This document shows positions 29,531 to 39,268 of a DNA stretch of 64,000 nucleotides, piece by piece (the stretch's first letter is position 1; each line of letters opens with the position of its first letter). A program made the translations under genes and the position numbers. Origin of the DNA: Methanobacteriota archaeon. GTDB taxonomy: Archaea; Thermoplasmatota; Poseidoniia; Poseidoniales; Thalassarchaeaceae. The DNA lies in the NCBI GenBank assembly GCA_002698225.1, contig NZWD01000004.1, positions 20,090 through 84,089 of the forward strand. The letters are read 5' to 3'. Below the pieces are notes generated by a model that had not been told where the DNA came from, ran no database searches, and saw nothing but the letters and a program-made list of their open reading frames with translations.

Positions 29531-30253
29531 ATGCCTTTGCCACATTATCCAGTCTTCAATCCCGTCGCATTGATAAGGGTCCTGAATCGAGACATGTTCG
29601 CTGGGAGTTCAGCAGCAGGTGAAATCTTGAACGAGAGCGCTGACGTAGTCAAGACAGGTACCAGTACATTGGGCATCACATTCGATGGAGGAGTCGTAGT
29701 CGGCGCCGACCATAGGGCTACGATGGGCCATTTCATCGCAAACAAGAGCGTTCAGAAGCTGTTCAAGATATCAAATTCAGTCGCACTGACTACTGCGGGC
29801 CTAGTTGGGCACGCCCAATCGCTTTCACGCACACTCACCGCTGAACTTCGGCTTTACGAACTCAATCACGGTAAGCCAATGACTGTCAAGGGGGCCGCCA
29901 CCCTAACTGCCAACATATTGGTCGGCCGACCTCACTATGTCCAACTCCTCATTGTCGGTGTTGATGGTTCAGGCTCCAGTGTATACAGTATCGACTCTGC
30001 AGGTGGTTCCATTCCCGATGCATACTGCGCCACAGGATCGGGTAGCCCGTACATGTACGGTGTTCTCGAGGACCAGTTCTCTGAGGGAATGTCTCAAGAC
30101 GAGGCCCTCAAGGTAGCTGCAAAAGCCCTACTAGCTTCGGCTCAGAGGGATGCAGCCAGTGGCAATGGAATGGATTTGGCAGTCATCACCGCCGAAGACG
30201 GTTTCCAACAGATGTCTGAGGATGAGGTTTCCAACCTCATATCCTCAATCTAG
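29531..30253 (+). CDS. psmB: proteasome subunit beta
   Basis: A propeptide followed by 'TGTSTLGITFDGGVVVGADHRAT'. The catalytic Thr follows the Gly of the processing site, and the Ntn-hydrolase core is present. Confidence 0.9.
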   Translation: MPLPHYPVFNPVALIRVLNRDMFAGSSAAGEILNESADVVKTGTSTLGITFDGGVVVGADHRATMGHFIANKSVQKLFKISNSVALTTAGLVGHAQSLSRTLTAELRLYELNHGKPMTVKGAATLTANILVGRPHYVQLLIVGVDGSGSSVYSIDSAGGSIPDAYCATGSGSPYMYGVLEDQFSEGMSQDEALKVAAKALLASAQRDAASGNGMDLAVITAEDGFQQMSEDEVSNLISSI

Positions 30254-30323
30254 ACTCACGGCCTAGTGCCTTCCACCCTTCTAGGGTACAGCGCTACCGT
30301 GAGTTCATCATGGATGTGAGAAT

Positions 30324-32240
30324 ATGCGTCTAACACTGAGTGAATTAAAGAAGAAGATATCCAAATTGGTCCCCAGTGATATCAATTACGAAGTCGACCT
30401 AGAGGCAGGCTCCATTTCGATAATTACAGACCAGCCGGCAGCCTTCGGTGGCTCGGGCGAAAATCTCACAGTCAAGATTGCTAAGTCAGTGAAGCGACGC
30501 ATAGTTATCCGACCACATCCTGATTTGTTGGCCGATGAGGCTGCTGTTCACGATGCTATCCTGAAATTCATCCCCGATGAGGCGAAGCTGCGCAAGACCT
30601 GGTTAGATCCTGCTATTTCCCAAGTCATTCTAGAATGCGATGATCCATCTTCGGCAGTCGGACCAAAGGGATCCAACATCAAGGCATTGAGGGATGAGAT
30701 TGGGTGGCTGGTCGATGTAGTCAGAGCCCCAGCAATCGAGAGCCGGACTCAACATGATATCAGGCGTTTCCGCAAGGAAATGGCAGATGAGAGAAAGTCC
30801 TTACTGAGAAAGTTCGGGACTAGAATCTATCGCCCTCCTAGACCCGGTGAATCATGGGTTCGTGTCACTGCCCTTGGATCGTACCGAGAAGTCGGCAGGG
30901 CAATGCATCTTGTGACCACTAATGAGTCCAAGGTACTTGTTGACTGTGGAGCGAAGCCTACTACTAATCGCAGCGAGGTCGAACCTTTCTTCACCGCTCC
31001 CGAACTACTTCCTCTTGACAATCTCGATGCCATAGTCATCACACACGCTCACATAGACCACATTGGTATGCTCCCTGTTCTGTTCAAGTACGGCTACAGA
31101 GGGCCAGTCTACTGCACTCCTCCAACTAGAGATTTGATGACTTTGCTTCAAATTGACTACATCAAGGTGGCAAGAGCGGAAGGCAATGAGCCACCTTATT
31201 CCAAAGCAGACATACAGGAATGTATCAAACACATTGTGGATGTCAACTGGGGAGATAAGACCGATGTCTCTCCTGACATTAAGATGACAATGGAAAATGC
31301 TGGACACATCCTCGGTTCATCCAGCGTTTACATGCAGATAGGTGAGGGCAAGGGTGAGCATAAGCTGTTGTTCTCGGGCGATATCAAGTATGAGAAATCT
31401 TGGTTGTTCGATGCCGCTACTGTCAGGTTCCCAAAGGTCGAGACGCTGGTCATCGAGTCCACTTACGGGGGGCCTCAGGATATCCAGCCGACTAGACAGC
31501 AGGCCAGCCAAGAGTTGCAGGATCTCATACAAGACTCATTGGGAAGGGGTAGCAAAATATTCTGCCCTGTATTCGCCGTTGGCCGCTCCCAAGAGGTCAT
31601 GATAGCAATCGACCAGTTATTCAAATCGGGCAATATTAAACCGGTCACAGTCTGGCTCGACGGAATGATTTCAGAGGCTACTGCGATTCACTCCAGTCAC
31701 CCCAATTTCCTCAACAGAGACCTCAGAGGTAAGATGCTGAAGGGCGGTGCTGAAAATCCATTTAATTCACCTTGGTTCAAGCAGGTTGATTCAAGAGAGC
31801 AGCGCGAGAGTATTTTACTTGACCCTAGTCCATGCATAGTCCTAGCTACCAGTGGAATGATGACTGGTGGTCCGATTGTAGAGTACTTCAAGAACTGGGC
31901 ACCTGAGCCCAGTAACACTCTGTGCTTCGTTGGATACCAAGCATCTGGTACACTGGGAAGACGACTTCAGCAGGGTCACCCTCAAGTCCCACTCTCCGAC
32001 GGAGGTCAGACACTGATGGTCGATGTTAGATGCAATACTGTTACTATCGACGGATTCAGTGGGCATTCTGATAGAAATCAGCTCTTCGATTATGTCTCCG
32101 CCCTAAATCCGACTCCTCGAAAAATCATCTGCCATCATGGCGATCCTCAGACCTGTAATGCTTTCAGGCAGGGTTTGAGAGAGAGATTCAGAGTTCAGAC
32201 ATACGCCCCTGCTAACCTAGAGACACTCAGGTTGACATAA
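30324..32240 (+). CDS. aCPSF1 / FttA (KH-domain beta-CASP metallo-beta-lactamase ribonuclease)
   Basis: 638 aa with N-terminal KH domains, the MBL motif 'VITHAHIDHIG', and beta-CASP motifs. Confidence 0.9.
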   Translation: MRLTLSELKKKISKLVPSDINYEVDLEAGSISIITDQPAAFGGSGENLTVKIAKSVKRRIVIRPHPDLLADEAAVHDAILKFIPDEAKLRKTWLDPAISQVILECDDPSSAVGPKGSNIKALRDEIGWLVDVVRAPAIESRTQHDIRRFRKEMADERKSLLRKFGTRIYRPPRPGESWVRVTALGSYREVGRAMHLVTTNESKVLVDCGAKPTTNRSEVEPFFTAPELLPLDNLDAIVITHAHIDHIGMLPVLFKYGYRGPVYCTPPTRDLMTLLQIDYIKVARAEGNEPPYSKADIQECIKHIVDVNWGDKTDVSPDIKMTMENAGHILGSSSVYMQIGEGKGEHKLLFSGDIKYEKSWLFDAATVRFPKVETLVIESTYGGPQDIQPTRQQASQELQDLIQDSLGRGSKIFCPVFAVGRSQEVMIAIDQLFKSGNIKPVTVWLDGMISEATAIHSSHPNFLNRDLRGKMLKGGAENPFNSPWFKQVDSREQRESILLDPSPCIVLATSGMMTGGPIVEYFKNWAPEPSNTLCFVGYQASGTLGRRLQQGHPQVPLSDGGQTLMVDVRCNTVTIDGFSGHSDRNQLFDYVSALNPTPRKIICHHGDPQTCNAFRQGLRERFRVQTYAPANLETLRLT

Positions 32241-32513
32241 TTAGAGTACGGGTACATCATAGCCCGATTCAACCGGGTCCGGAGTCTCTGTGACTACTTC
32301 CGAATCTTCGTCATCTTCGTCCCAATCAGACTCATCTCTATCAGGAGACTCCCAAGGAAGACTCGTACTAAGTGCGAGTACGAGTGCCATCGGAGTTAGA
32401 AGGAGGTACCCCCAAGATTCTGTGGTTAACTCTCCGTTCTCTGCAAAAGAGCTGCCCGACATGAAAATGAATACAACGGCAAGCAACCATCCGGTCATTA
32501 CTCTAACTCGCAC
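32241..32513 (-). CDS. small membrane protein with an acidic C-terminal tail, hypothetical
   Basis: 90 aa with a signal/TM segment, a second TM helix and the tail 'DESDWDEDDEDSEVV'. Confidence 0.35.
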   Translation of the reverse strand: MRVRVMTGWLLAVVFIFMSGSSFAENGELTTESWGYLLLTPMALVLALSTSLPWESPDRDESDWDEDDEDSEVVTETPDPVESGYDVPVL

Positions 32514-32746
32514 AAACAGGCTAAAGGCCCAATGTTCATCAAATGGCCCTTAAGACCATTCAATTTTCACCATAATTATGCCATACAACCCATGTCCAAA
32601 ATCCTCACTCGGCCGGATCTTGGGTCAGCGCTGATAATGATGCCGCAACTCAAACACATAGCCCTGCGTACACCACCATGGCCATAAATATTCTTTCTTT
32701 GAAATGTATTTGCAGAGGACAAACTATTGTACTCTGAGACTACGGT

Positions 32747-33190
32747 TTGGCCGTGGAACGGCATTGGGTACTCATCAGGTGCACCTGTGGTAGCACTTAC
32801 GGTTCTGCTAGGGGCTCTGCACACTCATGCCCTCACTGTGGGTCATCCAAAGGCTCAGAATTGAAACTCTTTGAATCCCCCGATGAACTCTCGGAGGCAG
32901 TAGCGAGATCGAATCTCCCAGACGGCATAGCTCAGGAGGTTGAATCCAGATTGGCATCTCAACAGGCCAAGGCTGAGTCTAAGGCGAACATGTCGAGAGG
33001 TGGGGCCGAGGCAATCCGCAGAATAATGCGCCAGGCAACATCTTCAGATGGTACTTTGACTGTCGAATCATTGTCTCAAGAACTGCTCAAGGAGGGTTAC
33101 GATGAACCGACAGCAGAGCGTGTTATTGGTGGTGCAGAACTTGATGGGGTACTAATTCGAAACAGTCCGACTTCATGGGCTTGGCTCTAG
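32747..33190 (+). CDS. zinc-ribbon protein, hypothetical
   Basis: N-terminal 'CTCGSTYG...CPHCGS' zinc ribbon followed by a helical domain. Confidence 0.45.
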   Translation: MAVERHWVLIRCTCGSTYGSARGSAHSCPHCGSSKGSELKLFESPDELSEAVARSNLPDGIAQEVESRLASQQAKAESKANMSRGGAEAIRRIMRQATSSDGTLTVESLSQELLKEGYDEPTAERVIGGAELDGVLIRNSPTSWAWL

Positions 33191-33227
33191 TAACCTTCAT
33201 CTCAACATCTCCAGTGGACAGGGGTCA

Positions 33228-33305
33228 GGGCCCGTGGGTTAGTCTGGCCAATGCTTGTTGGTTTGGGACCAATAGACCCAGGTTCAAATCCTGGCGGGCC
33301 CACCA
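33228..33305 (+). tRNA. tRNA-Pro (anticodon UGG)
   Basis: Hand-folded. Acceptor stem GGGCCCG pairs with CGGGCCC; D-loop AGUCUGGCCAA; anticodon stem GUUGG/CCAAU with loop UUUGGGA; T-arm CCAGG-UUCAAAU-CCUGG; discriminator A plus an encoded CCA. The D-stem is weak (3 bp including G-U pairs). Confidence 0.65.
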
Positions 33306-34079
33306 CTACTCGACGCGGCGAATAGCTTCGATATCAAATAGTGAAACGGCGTTTTCTAGAGCGTTATTCTTAGAGAACCATCGCGCATCCTCAATCTCAT
33401 CGTCCTTAGGGACAATATCTTCAGCAGGGATATCTGCATTGCATCGGTAGGTGAACGAGAGCCAGTTTATCCCATCTTGCTGGAAAATAGCCTGTTGGAT
33501 TACAGCCCCATCATCCCCCTCAGACGATTCGCCTGACTCTCCCTTGGGGTCAGGTATGCTAATGCTGATTCCCAACTCTTCCAAAGCCTCTCTCTCAGCT
33601 CCCTCGCGTGGGTGTTCGGCATAATCGACAAATCCCCCTGGGAGAGTCCAACATCCGGTGAAGAAGCCACGACTAACCTTCGCCATCAGAATTTCATCAT
33701 TTGAATTGGTAATCACTACTTTACTCACAACCCTGTGTAGAGTTCGATAGACCGATTCGCGGGCAACTGGGTCTACTGCGCTGTCAGAGATTACAGCATC
33801 CTTCCAAGCCCAATGCCCGGGCCATGGTACATCTGGTGTGGCTACAGTGACTACATGGTCATCCTGGCCTAGACGGAATCTGTTAACTCTCCTCTCCTTC
33901 CAACTAATTCCCATATCTGTTGCTTCACTAGGAGATGGAAGTCGAATCAGGAAATCCCCTCCTTCCCATTCTGTCCGCCCCTTCCTTGGGATAGCTGGGC
34001 CTTTTCCTTGCATATCGACAAGAAGTAACTTGCCGTCATGCTCGAGGTGGATATGCTCGCAGTTCCTGTTCACAGTCAT
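33306..34079 (-). CDS. Nudix hydrolase with an N-terminal accessory domain
   Basis: Nudix box 'GGFVDYAEHPREGAEREALEELGI'. Its stop codon abuts the tRNA 3' end. Confidence 0.75.
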   Translation of the reverse strand: MTVNRNCEHIHLEHDGKLLLVDMQGKGPAIPRKGRTEWEGGDFLIRLPSPSEATDMGISWKERRVNRFRLGQDDHVVTVATPDVPWPGHWAWKDAVISDSAVDPVARESVYRTLHRVVSKVVITNSNDEILMAKVSRGFFTGCWTLPGGFVDYAEHPREGAEREALEELGISISIPDPKGESGESSEGDDGAVIQQAIFQQDGINWLSFTYRCNADIPAEDIVPKDDEIEDARWFSKNNALENAVSLFDIEAIRRVE

Positions 34080-34109
34080 CCCAATACCTCGAAGCGGATG
34101 AATCCAGCG

Positions 34110-35048
34110 CTAGTAGTCTAGAATTGAACTCAATTGCTCCTTGTAAAATGCCGCTGATCCTTGCAGACTCTCGAGTTCGGATTTTTCGAGTTCTAACTCA
34201 ACGACTTTTTCTACTCCTTCACTACCTAGTATCACAGGAACTCCGATGTAGATGTCATCTAGGCCGTACTGGCCAGTCAAGTAAGCGCTACAAGGAAGGA
34301 TACGCTTCCTGTCTTTCAGTATGGATTCAGCCATAATCGCTGCCGCTGATCCGGGGGCGTAGAACGCACTACCCTTCTCGAGCAACTTGACTATCTCCCC
34401 TCCTCCTCCTGCGGTCCTTTCAGAGATTGCCTCAATTGTTGCCTCGTCCATTAGTTGAGTAATGGGAATTCCAGAGACGGTTGTGTATCTGGGCAGGGGT
34501 ACCATGGTATCACCATGACCACCCAGCACCATGGCTTGGACATCCTCATTGGATACGCCAAGCTCCTCTGCGATGAAGTGAGTCATTCTCGCAGAGTCTA
34601 GAATGCCGGCTTGCCCAACTACCCTCTCGGGTGGAAAACCAGTGACTTTCTGCATATGGTAGGTCATCAAATCGAGAGGGTTGGTGACCATTACTATGAC
34701 AGAGTCAGGAGCATGCTCGCGGATACCCCCTCCGACCTGTGAGATGATATCAGCATTCTTACCCACTAGATCTTCTCGAGTCATTCCCGGCTTACGAGGG
34801 AATCCAGAAGTAACAACCACAACATCGGCGTCCGCGATATCCTCGTAGTCCTTAGTGCCAGTAATTCGCCCATCATAGTTCAGAATCTGCCCCCCCTGAC
34901 TCATGTCGAGCGCCTTGCCTTTGGCAAAGCCCTCGTAAATGTCCAATAGGACCACCTCTCCGATGTTCTTCTGGGCCAGCACAAAAGCGCAAGTCGCACC
35001 TACATTCCCAGCCCCAATCACTGCAACCTTACCTGCACCCCTCGACAT
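34110..35048 (-). CDS. mdh: malate dehydrogenase (LDH-like, archaeal type)
   Basis: 'KVAVIGAGNVGATCAF' Rossmann motif, 'LLDI', the 'VTSGFPRKPGMTREDL' substrate loop (Arg) and 'GGHGDTMV' (catalytic His). Confidence 0.85.
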   Translation of the reverse strand: MSRGAGKVAVIGAGNVGATCAFVLAQKNIGEVVLLDIYEGFAKGKALDMSQGGQILNYDGRITGTKDYEDIADADVVVVTSGFPRKPGMTREDLVGKNADIISQVGGGIREHAPDSVIVMVTNPLDLMTYHMQKVTGFPPERVVGQAGILDSARMTHFIAEELGVSNEDVQAMVLGGHGDTMVPLPRYTTVSGIPITQLMDEATIEAISERTAGGGGEIVKLLEKGSAFYAPGSAAAIMAESILKDRKRILPCSAYLTGQYGLDDIYIGVPVILGSEGVEKVVELELEKSELESLQGSAAFYKEQLSSILDY

Positions 35049-35210
35049 GTTATCCTCGGTTGCTCGCCGGCGGCTTCGGACTTAGCATTAGTGATGGAGA
35101 CTTGTCCTCCTCAGCAAGCAGAGTGAATGCTTCGGCGACGGCTTCAAGAAGTGCCTCAAGGTGGAGTGAGTCGTCGAGACTGAGCCTATGGCTCAACTGG
35201 AGGTGTTTGA

Positions 35211-36371
35211 ATGAAACTCGGAGTCATCACTGAGCCCGAGGGAGAAAACAGAGTCGCCATCGTTCCCAATTCAATACCCAAGTTGAACAAGGTTGGTTTC
35301 GAGGTTCTAGTCGAATCAGGAGCCGGAACTTCTTCGAACTACTCAGATGCCGAGTTTGAGTCCAAGGGTGCTAGCGTGACCTCGAGAGGTGATGCTCTGT
35401 CTGCGGATATCCTAGTGACTATCCACATGCCCGATTCTTCTCAGTTGAAAAGGGGGCAAGTCATTGCCTGCGTCGCCGACCCGTTTCGGCATCCTGAGAG
35501 AGTCAGAGAATGCATAGATTCCTCAATCACCCTTCTCAGCATGGATATGATTCCACGCAGACTGTCAAGAGCCCAGTCCATGGATTTTAATTCTAGCCAA
35601 GATAATCTGGCTGGTTACAAAGCTGTGTTAATGGGAGCAGCCCATATTGGTAAATCAATCCCGATGATGACTACAAGCGCGGGCACAGTCAAGCCTGCCA
35701 AGTTCGTCATAATGGGAAGTGGAGTGGCAGGTCTACAGGCTATCGCCACAGCCAAGCGTCTGGGTGCCATAGTATTCGCATCCGATGTGAGGAAGTCTGC
35801 TGCAGAGCAGATTGAGTCGGTTGGTGGACGATTCATCGAAGTTGAGGGCATGGATGACTTTGAGGATGAGTCAGGCTACGCTAAACCACTCACTCCGGAG
35901 TTTATTCAGAAGGTCAACGATACTGTTTGCGAGGTCGCCAAGGATGCTGATGTCATCGTCACTACTGCGAGAATCTTCGGCAGACCCGCGCCAATCACAA
36001 TACCAGCTGATGCTGTATCCTCGTTCAAGTCAGGAGCAGTCATTGTCGACATGAACGCCGATGTAGGGGGTAACTGTGAACTTACAGAGGCCGGACAAAT
36101 AGTGATGCATAATGATGTCACCATAGTCGGAATCGAGAATCTACCGGGCACTATCGCCTCTACTGCAAGCATGCTTTACTCAAACAACCTGACAAATTTT
36201 GTCACTTCACTGATGATTGATGGGGAGTTCACCATGTCCATGGAAGATGATGTCTTAGTTGGTGCAGATGAGGGTTCAGACTTTCATGTCCCTGGAATGG
36301 GTGGCGTGCTAATCTGCTCCGAGGGAGCAATCCATCCAAAGCAATCACGATTATCGGAGGTGGTTGAATGA
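35211..36371 (+). CDS. pntAA: NAD(P) transhydrogenase subunit alpha, part 1 (dI domain)
   Basis: AlaDH/PNT N- and C-domains with 'VIMGSGVAGLQAIATAKRLGA'. It is followed directly by the pntAB and pntB genes. Confidence 0.8.
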   Translation: MKLGVITEPEGENRVAIVPNSIPKLNKVGFEVLVESGAGTSSNYSDAEFESKGASVTSRGDALSADILVTIHMPDSSQLKRGQVIACVADPFRHPERVRECIDSSITLLSMDMIPRRLSRAQSMDFNSSQDNLAGYKAVLMGAAHIGKSIPMMTTSAGTVKPAKFVIMGSGVAGLQAIATAKRLGAIVFASDVRKSAAEQIESVGGRFIEVEGMDDFEDESGYAKPLTPEFIQKVNDTVCEVAKDADVIVTTARIFGRPAPITIPADAVSSFKSGAVIVDMNADVGGNCELTEAGQIVMHNDVTIVGIENLPGTIASTASMLYSNNLTNFVTSLMIDGEFTMSMEDDVLVGADEGSDFHVPGMGGVLICSEGAIHPKQSRLSEVVE

Positions 36372-36688
36372 GCCTTACCGTAGCAGCCGTAGTAGGGAGT
36401 ATCACAGTATTCATCCTTGCAATATTCTTGGGTTTTGAGTTGATTAGCAAGGTACCTCCTACGCTACACACTCCGTTGATGTCGGGTGCTAATGCTATTT
36501 CCGGGATTACGATAGTCGGCGCACTCATTCTATCAAATACTGCATTCAACAATGGCGATCCTGGCACAGCCGCTTGGCTTGCATTCGCGGCCCTCGTTAT
36601 GGCTACCATCAATGTGGTTGGTGGATTCATGGTCACAAACAAGATGCTCGAGATGATTGCCGGCAAGAAGAGAAAGGGAGGTGGTTGA
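36368..36688 (+). CDS. pntAB: NAD(P) transhydrogenase subunit alpha, part 2 (membrane)
   Basis: ~100-aa protein with three TM helices; overlaps the pntAA stop. Confidence 0.7.
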   Translation: MSLTVAAVVGSITVFILAIFLGFELISKVPPTLHTPLMSGANAISGITIVGALILSNTAFNNGDPGTAAWLAFAALVMATINVVGGFMVTNKMLEMIAGKKRKGGG

Positions 36689-38137
36689 TTGGTTGACGCA
36701 GCAGTTTGGGATATAGGCTATCTGATTGCCGCAGCGCTGTTTATCATTGGGATAAAGAGACTATCTAGCCCTAGGACTGCTCCGCAAGGAAATAGACTTG
36801 GTTCTATGGGAATGCTTCTTGCTGTCGTGATCACTCTGGTTAGGATGCAATCAGAGGGAATAATTGGCTGGGAGCTGATTGTCGGAGGTCTGGCCATTGG
36901 GGCAATAATTGGCGCCCTGATGGCAACCAGGGTCGAGATGACTGGAATGCCAGAATTGGTAGCGCTCTTCAATGGCTTCGGAGGCGGCGCATCGGCTTTG
37001 GTGGCACTTTCAGAGGTACTCGGTAGATTGGAGCATGGAAATGTTCCAGATGCAGGGATTGAACTGTATGCAGTTTGGGTCGCCATCGGCCTTTCAGGAA
37101 TAGTCGGTTGGGTTACCCTGACCGGCTCTCTTGTAGCCATGATGAAACTCAAGGGCGGTTTCTATATCCCATTCAGCAAGAAAGACGACCGCGGTCGACC
37201 CAAGTGGGTTAGTTTCCCAACATGGGGTCCATCTTGGCTCAATGCCGCCAAGGTCCTGCTGCTTACCGCTTCTTTTGCATTAATCTGGATGACCATCGAT
37301 GATCCGACAAATAAGGACTACATCTGGATGATTGTGGCATTCTCAAGTCTACTCGGAATACTGTTTGTTTTGCCAATCGGTGGCGCAGATATGCCTGTGG
37401 TAGTCAGCCTACTCAACTCACTATCTGGAATTGCAGCTGCATTCACCGGCTTCGTGATTGGAAACAATGTCCTGATTATCGCAGGTTCGATGGTAGGGGC
37501 GGCTGGACTGATCCTGACTTTCATTATGTGTAAGGCGATGAATAGAACTCTACCGGATGTCCTGTTCAAGGCATTCGGCGGTTCTGCAGAGAAGGATCAG
37601 TTGACTCGTACTAAGGTCGGCAGTGATCCCGAGGAGGTTGCTATGGTTCTGGATGGAGCTCAGAGAGTGATTGTGATTCCCGGATATGGTATGGCAGTCA
37701 GCCAGAGCCAGCATGCAGTCAAGGAGTTTGCCGACTTTATGGAAGCAGAAGGATGCGAAATATCCTATGCTATTCACCCAGTTGCAGGAAGAATGCCTGG
37801 CCACATGAATGTCTTGCTGGCAGAGGCCAGCGTTCCTTATGAGCAGTTAATCGAGATGGATGACATTAATCCCGAATTCCCCGAGTGCGATGTTGCCGTA
37901 GTAATCGGGGCCAACGATACTACCAACCCGGCTGCTCGTACTGGAGAGGGACCGTTGGCAGGAATGCCTATTCTAGATGTGGACAAGGCTAGGGTTGTCG
38001 TCATTATCAAGAGAAGCCTTTCTGTGGGCTATGCTGGAGTCGACAACGACCTGTTTTACATGGACAAGACGATGATGCTATTCGGTGATGGCAAGAAGAT
38101 GATGAATGAGCTAAACTCGGCGTTGAAGGAGTTGTGA
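36689..38137 (+). CDS. pntB: NAD(P) transhydrogenase subunit beta
   Basis: N-terminal TM domain plus the dIII NADP(H)-binding domain, 'VIPGYGMAVSQSQHAVKE...VVIGANDTTNPAA'. Starts with TTG. Confidence 0.85.
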   Translation: MVDAAVWDIGYLIAAALFIIGIKRLSSPRTAPQGNRLGSMGMLLAVVITLVRMQSEGIIGWELIVGGLAIGAIIGALMATRVEMTGMPELVALFNGFGGGASALVALSEVLGRLEHGNVPDAGIELYAVWVAIGLSGIVGWVTLTGSLVAMMKLKGGFYIPFSKKDDRGRPKWVSFPTWGPSWLNAAKVLLLTASFALIWMTIDDPTNKDYIWMIVAFSSLLGILFVLPIGGADMPVVVSLLNSLSGIAAAFTGFVIGNNVLIIAGSMVGAAGLILTFIMCKAMNRTLPDVLFKAFGGSAEKDQLTRTKVGSDPEEVAMVLDGAQRVIVIPGYGMAVSQSQHAVKEFADFMEAEGCEISYAIHPVAGRMPGHMNVLLAEASVPYEQLIEMDDINPEFPECDVAVVIGANDTTNPAARTGEGPLAGMPILDVDKARVVVIIKRSLSVGYAGVDNDLFYMDKTMMLFGDGKKMMNELNSALKEL

Positions 38138-38156
38138 AGCAGCGCATCCCTAAGGG

Positions 38157-39263
38157 ATGCGTCCGAGCAACGGTTATGAGACTCCGACCGACGAGGTCAT
38201 ACCGGTAGTTATGCGAGGAGCGCTGTCCAAGGCTTCGGTATGCTTGGTAATCTTGACCCTTCTAGCATTGCCAGCGTTTGGGATGAGCAACGGACCCGCT
38301 GCGCTCAATGGCAATGAAGAGTCTACTGTGAAGTATGGGTGCTCGTGCCACAATAACGGGGCGCCATCAGAGAGAGTTATCGTGATGATAACAGGAGTTC
38401 CGGTGATGTATGAGACAGATGTTTCCTATTCACTCACCATCACAGTGGCCGACTCTCTGACTCTTTCTGGAGGAGATGGTAACACTAAGGCAGGATTTCT
38501 ACTCTCATCTGGTGGTGTCGGTGCATTTTCATGGTCTGATGACCAAGATCTCAGGCAAGCAGAGGATGCACCAGAAGATGTTTCTCACTCAGAAATCGAT
38601 TCTGACGGAGTATGGGTATTGACTTGGACCTCTCCTTCAGAAGATGTCGGAAATGTCAACTTCTGGCTCGCCGGGAATTCCGTAGACGGAGGGGGGTTGA
38701 ATGACGAGACTGACTACTGGAACCTCCTAGCCTTCTCGATCAGCCCACCTGGAACTATCGTCTCAGGTGATGATGCTGCTACTCTTGAGACTAGAACCAT
38801 CTCTGTTGGAGATTACGACACCCTGTTCGTGATCGAGGAGTCAGCGGCCCAAAAGGAGGCCGAACGTCAGGCTGCATTGGCACTAAGCATCTATCGACAG
38901 GGTAACGCTCTGTACTGGACCAGTTTAGTCGCCCTGCTTGTCGGGGCTGTATTTCAGAGGGAAGTACTGGAGAGGCGCTATGGAGATGGTCCAGAGTACC
39001 TTGCCATGGAACTGGCATATCCGCAGGCTATCCGCAGGAGTCTTCTCAGTATTGCGTCCTTTGTAATAGGGGTCCGATGGTTGTCGTCCGACGCCGCAAT
39101 CTCATTCCCTCCTGCTAGCATCGTCGAAGAAGGGACTCGCGTTACTAATCTCACTGGATTCCTAATCGGTTGTGCTTTCTTCCTCAGTGCTTGGGCGGCA
39201 TACGGAGTTTACCGTACAATACTAGCTACTAGGGTCGAGCCTGATGTCAAGGACATCCTCTGA
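38157..39263 (+). CDS. secreted/membrane protein, hypothetical
   Basis: Signal peptide, a Cys cluster 'YGCSCHNNG', a soluble beta-rich domain and C-terminal TM helices. Confidence 0.45.
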   Translation: MRPSNGYETPTDEVIPVVMRGALSKASVCLVILTLLALPAFGMSNGPAALNGNEESTVKYGCSCHNNGAPSERVIVMITGVPVMYETDVSYSLTITVADSLTLSGGDGNTKAGFLLSSGGVGAFSWSDDQDLRQAEDAPEDVSHSEIDSDGVWVLTWTSPSEDVGNVNFWLAGNSVDGGGLNDETDYWNLLAFSISPPGTIVSGDDAATLETRTISVGDYDTLFVIEESAAQKEAERQAALALSIYRQGNALYWTSLVALLVGAVFQREVLERRYGDGPEYLAMELAYPQAIRRSLLSIASFVIGVRWLSSDAAISFPPASIVEEGTRVTNLTGFLIGCAFFLSAWAAYGVYRTILATRVEPDVKDIL

Positions 39264-39268
39264 GAAGT

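Noticed and set aside
32514-32746. 230-bp AT-rich intergenic region, considered as a possible small RNA
   Set aside because: It contains only a short GGCC...GGCC self-complementary segment and TATA-like stretches. More simply explained as a divergent promoter region between two small genes.
36229-37152. Minus-strand ORFs of 144-145 aa within the pnt genes
   Set aside because: Antisense to the conserved pntAA/AB/B transhydrogenase operon.
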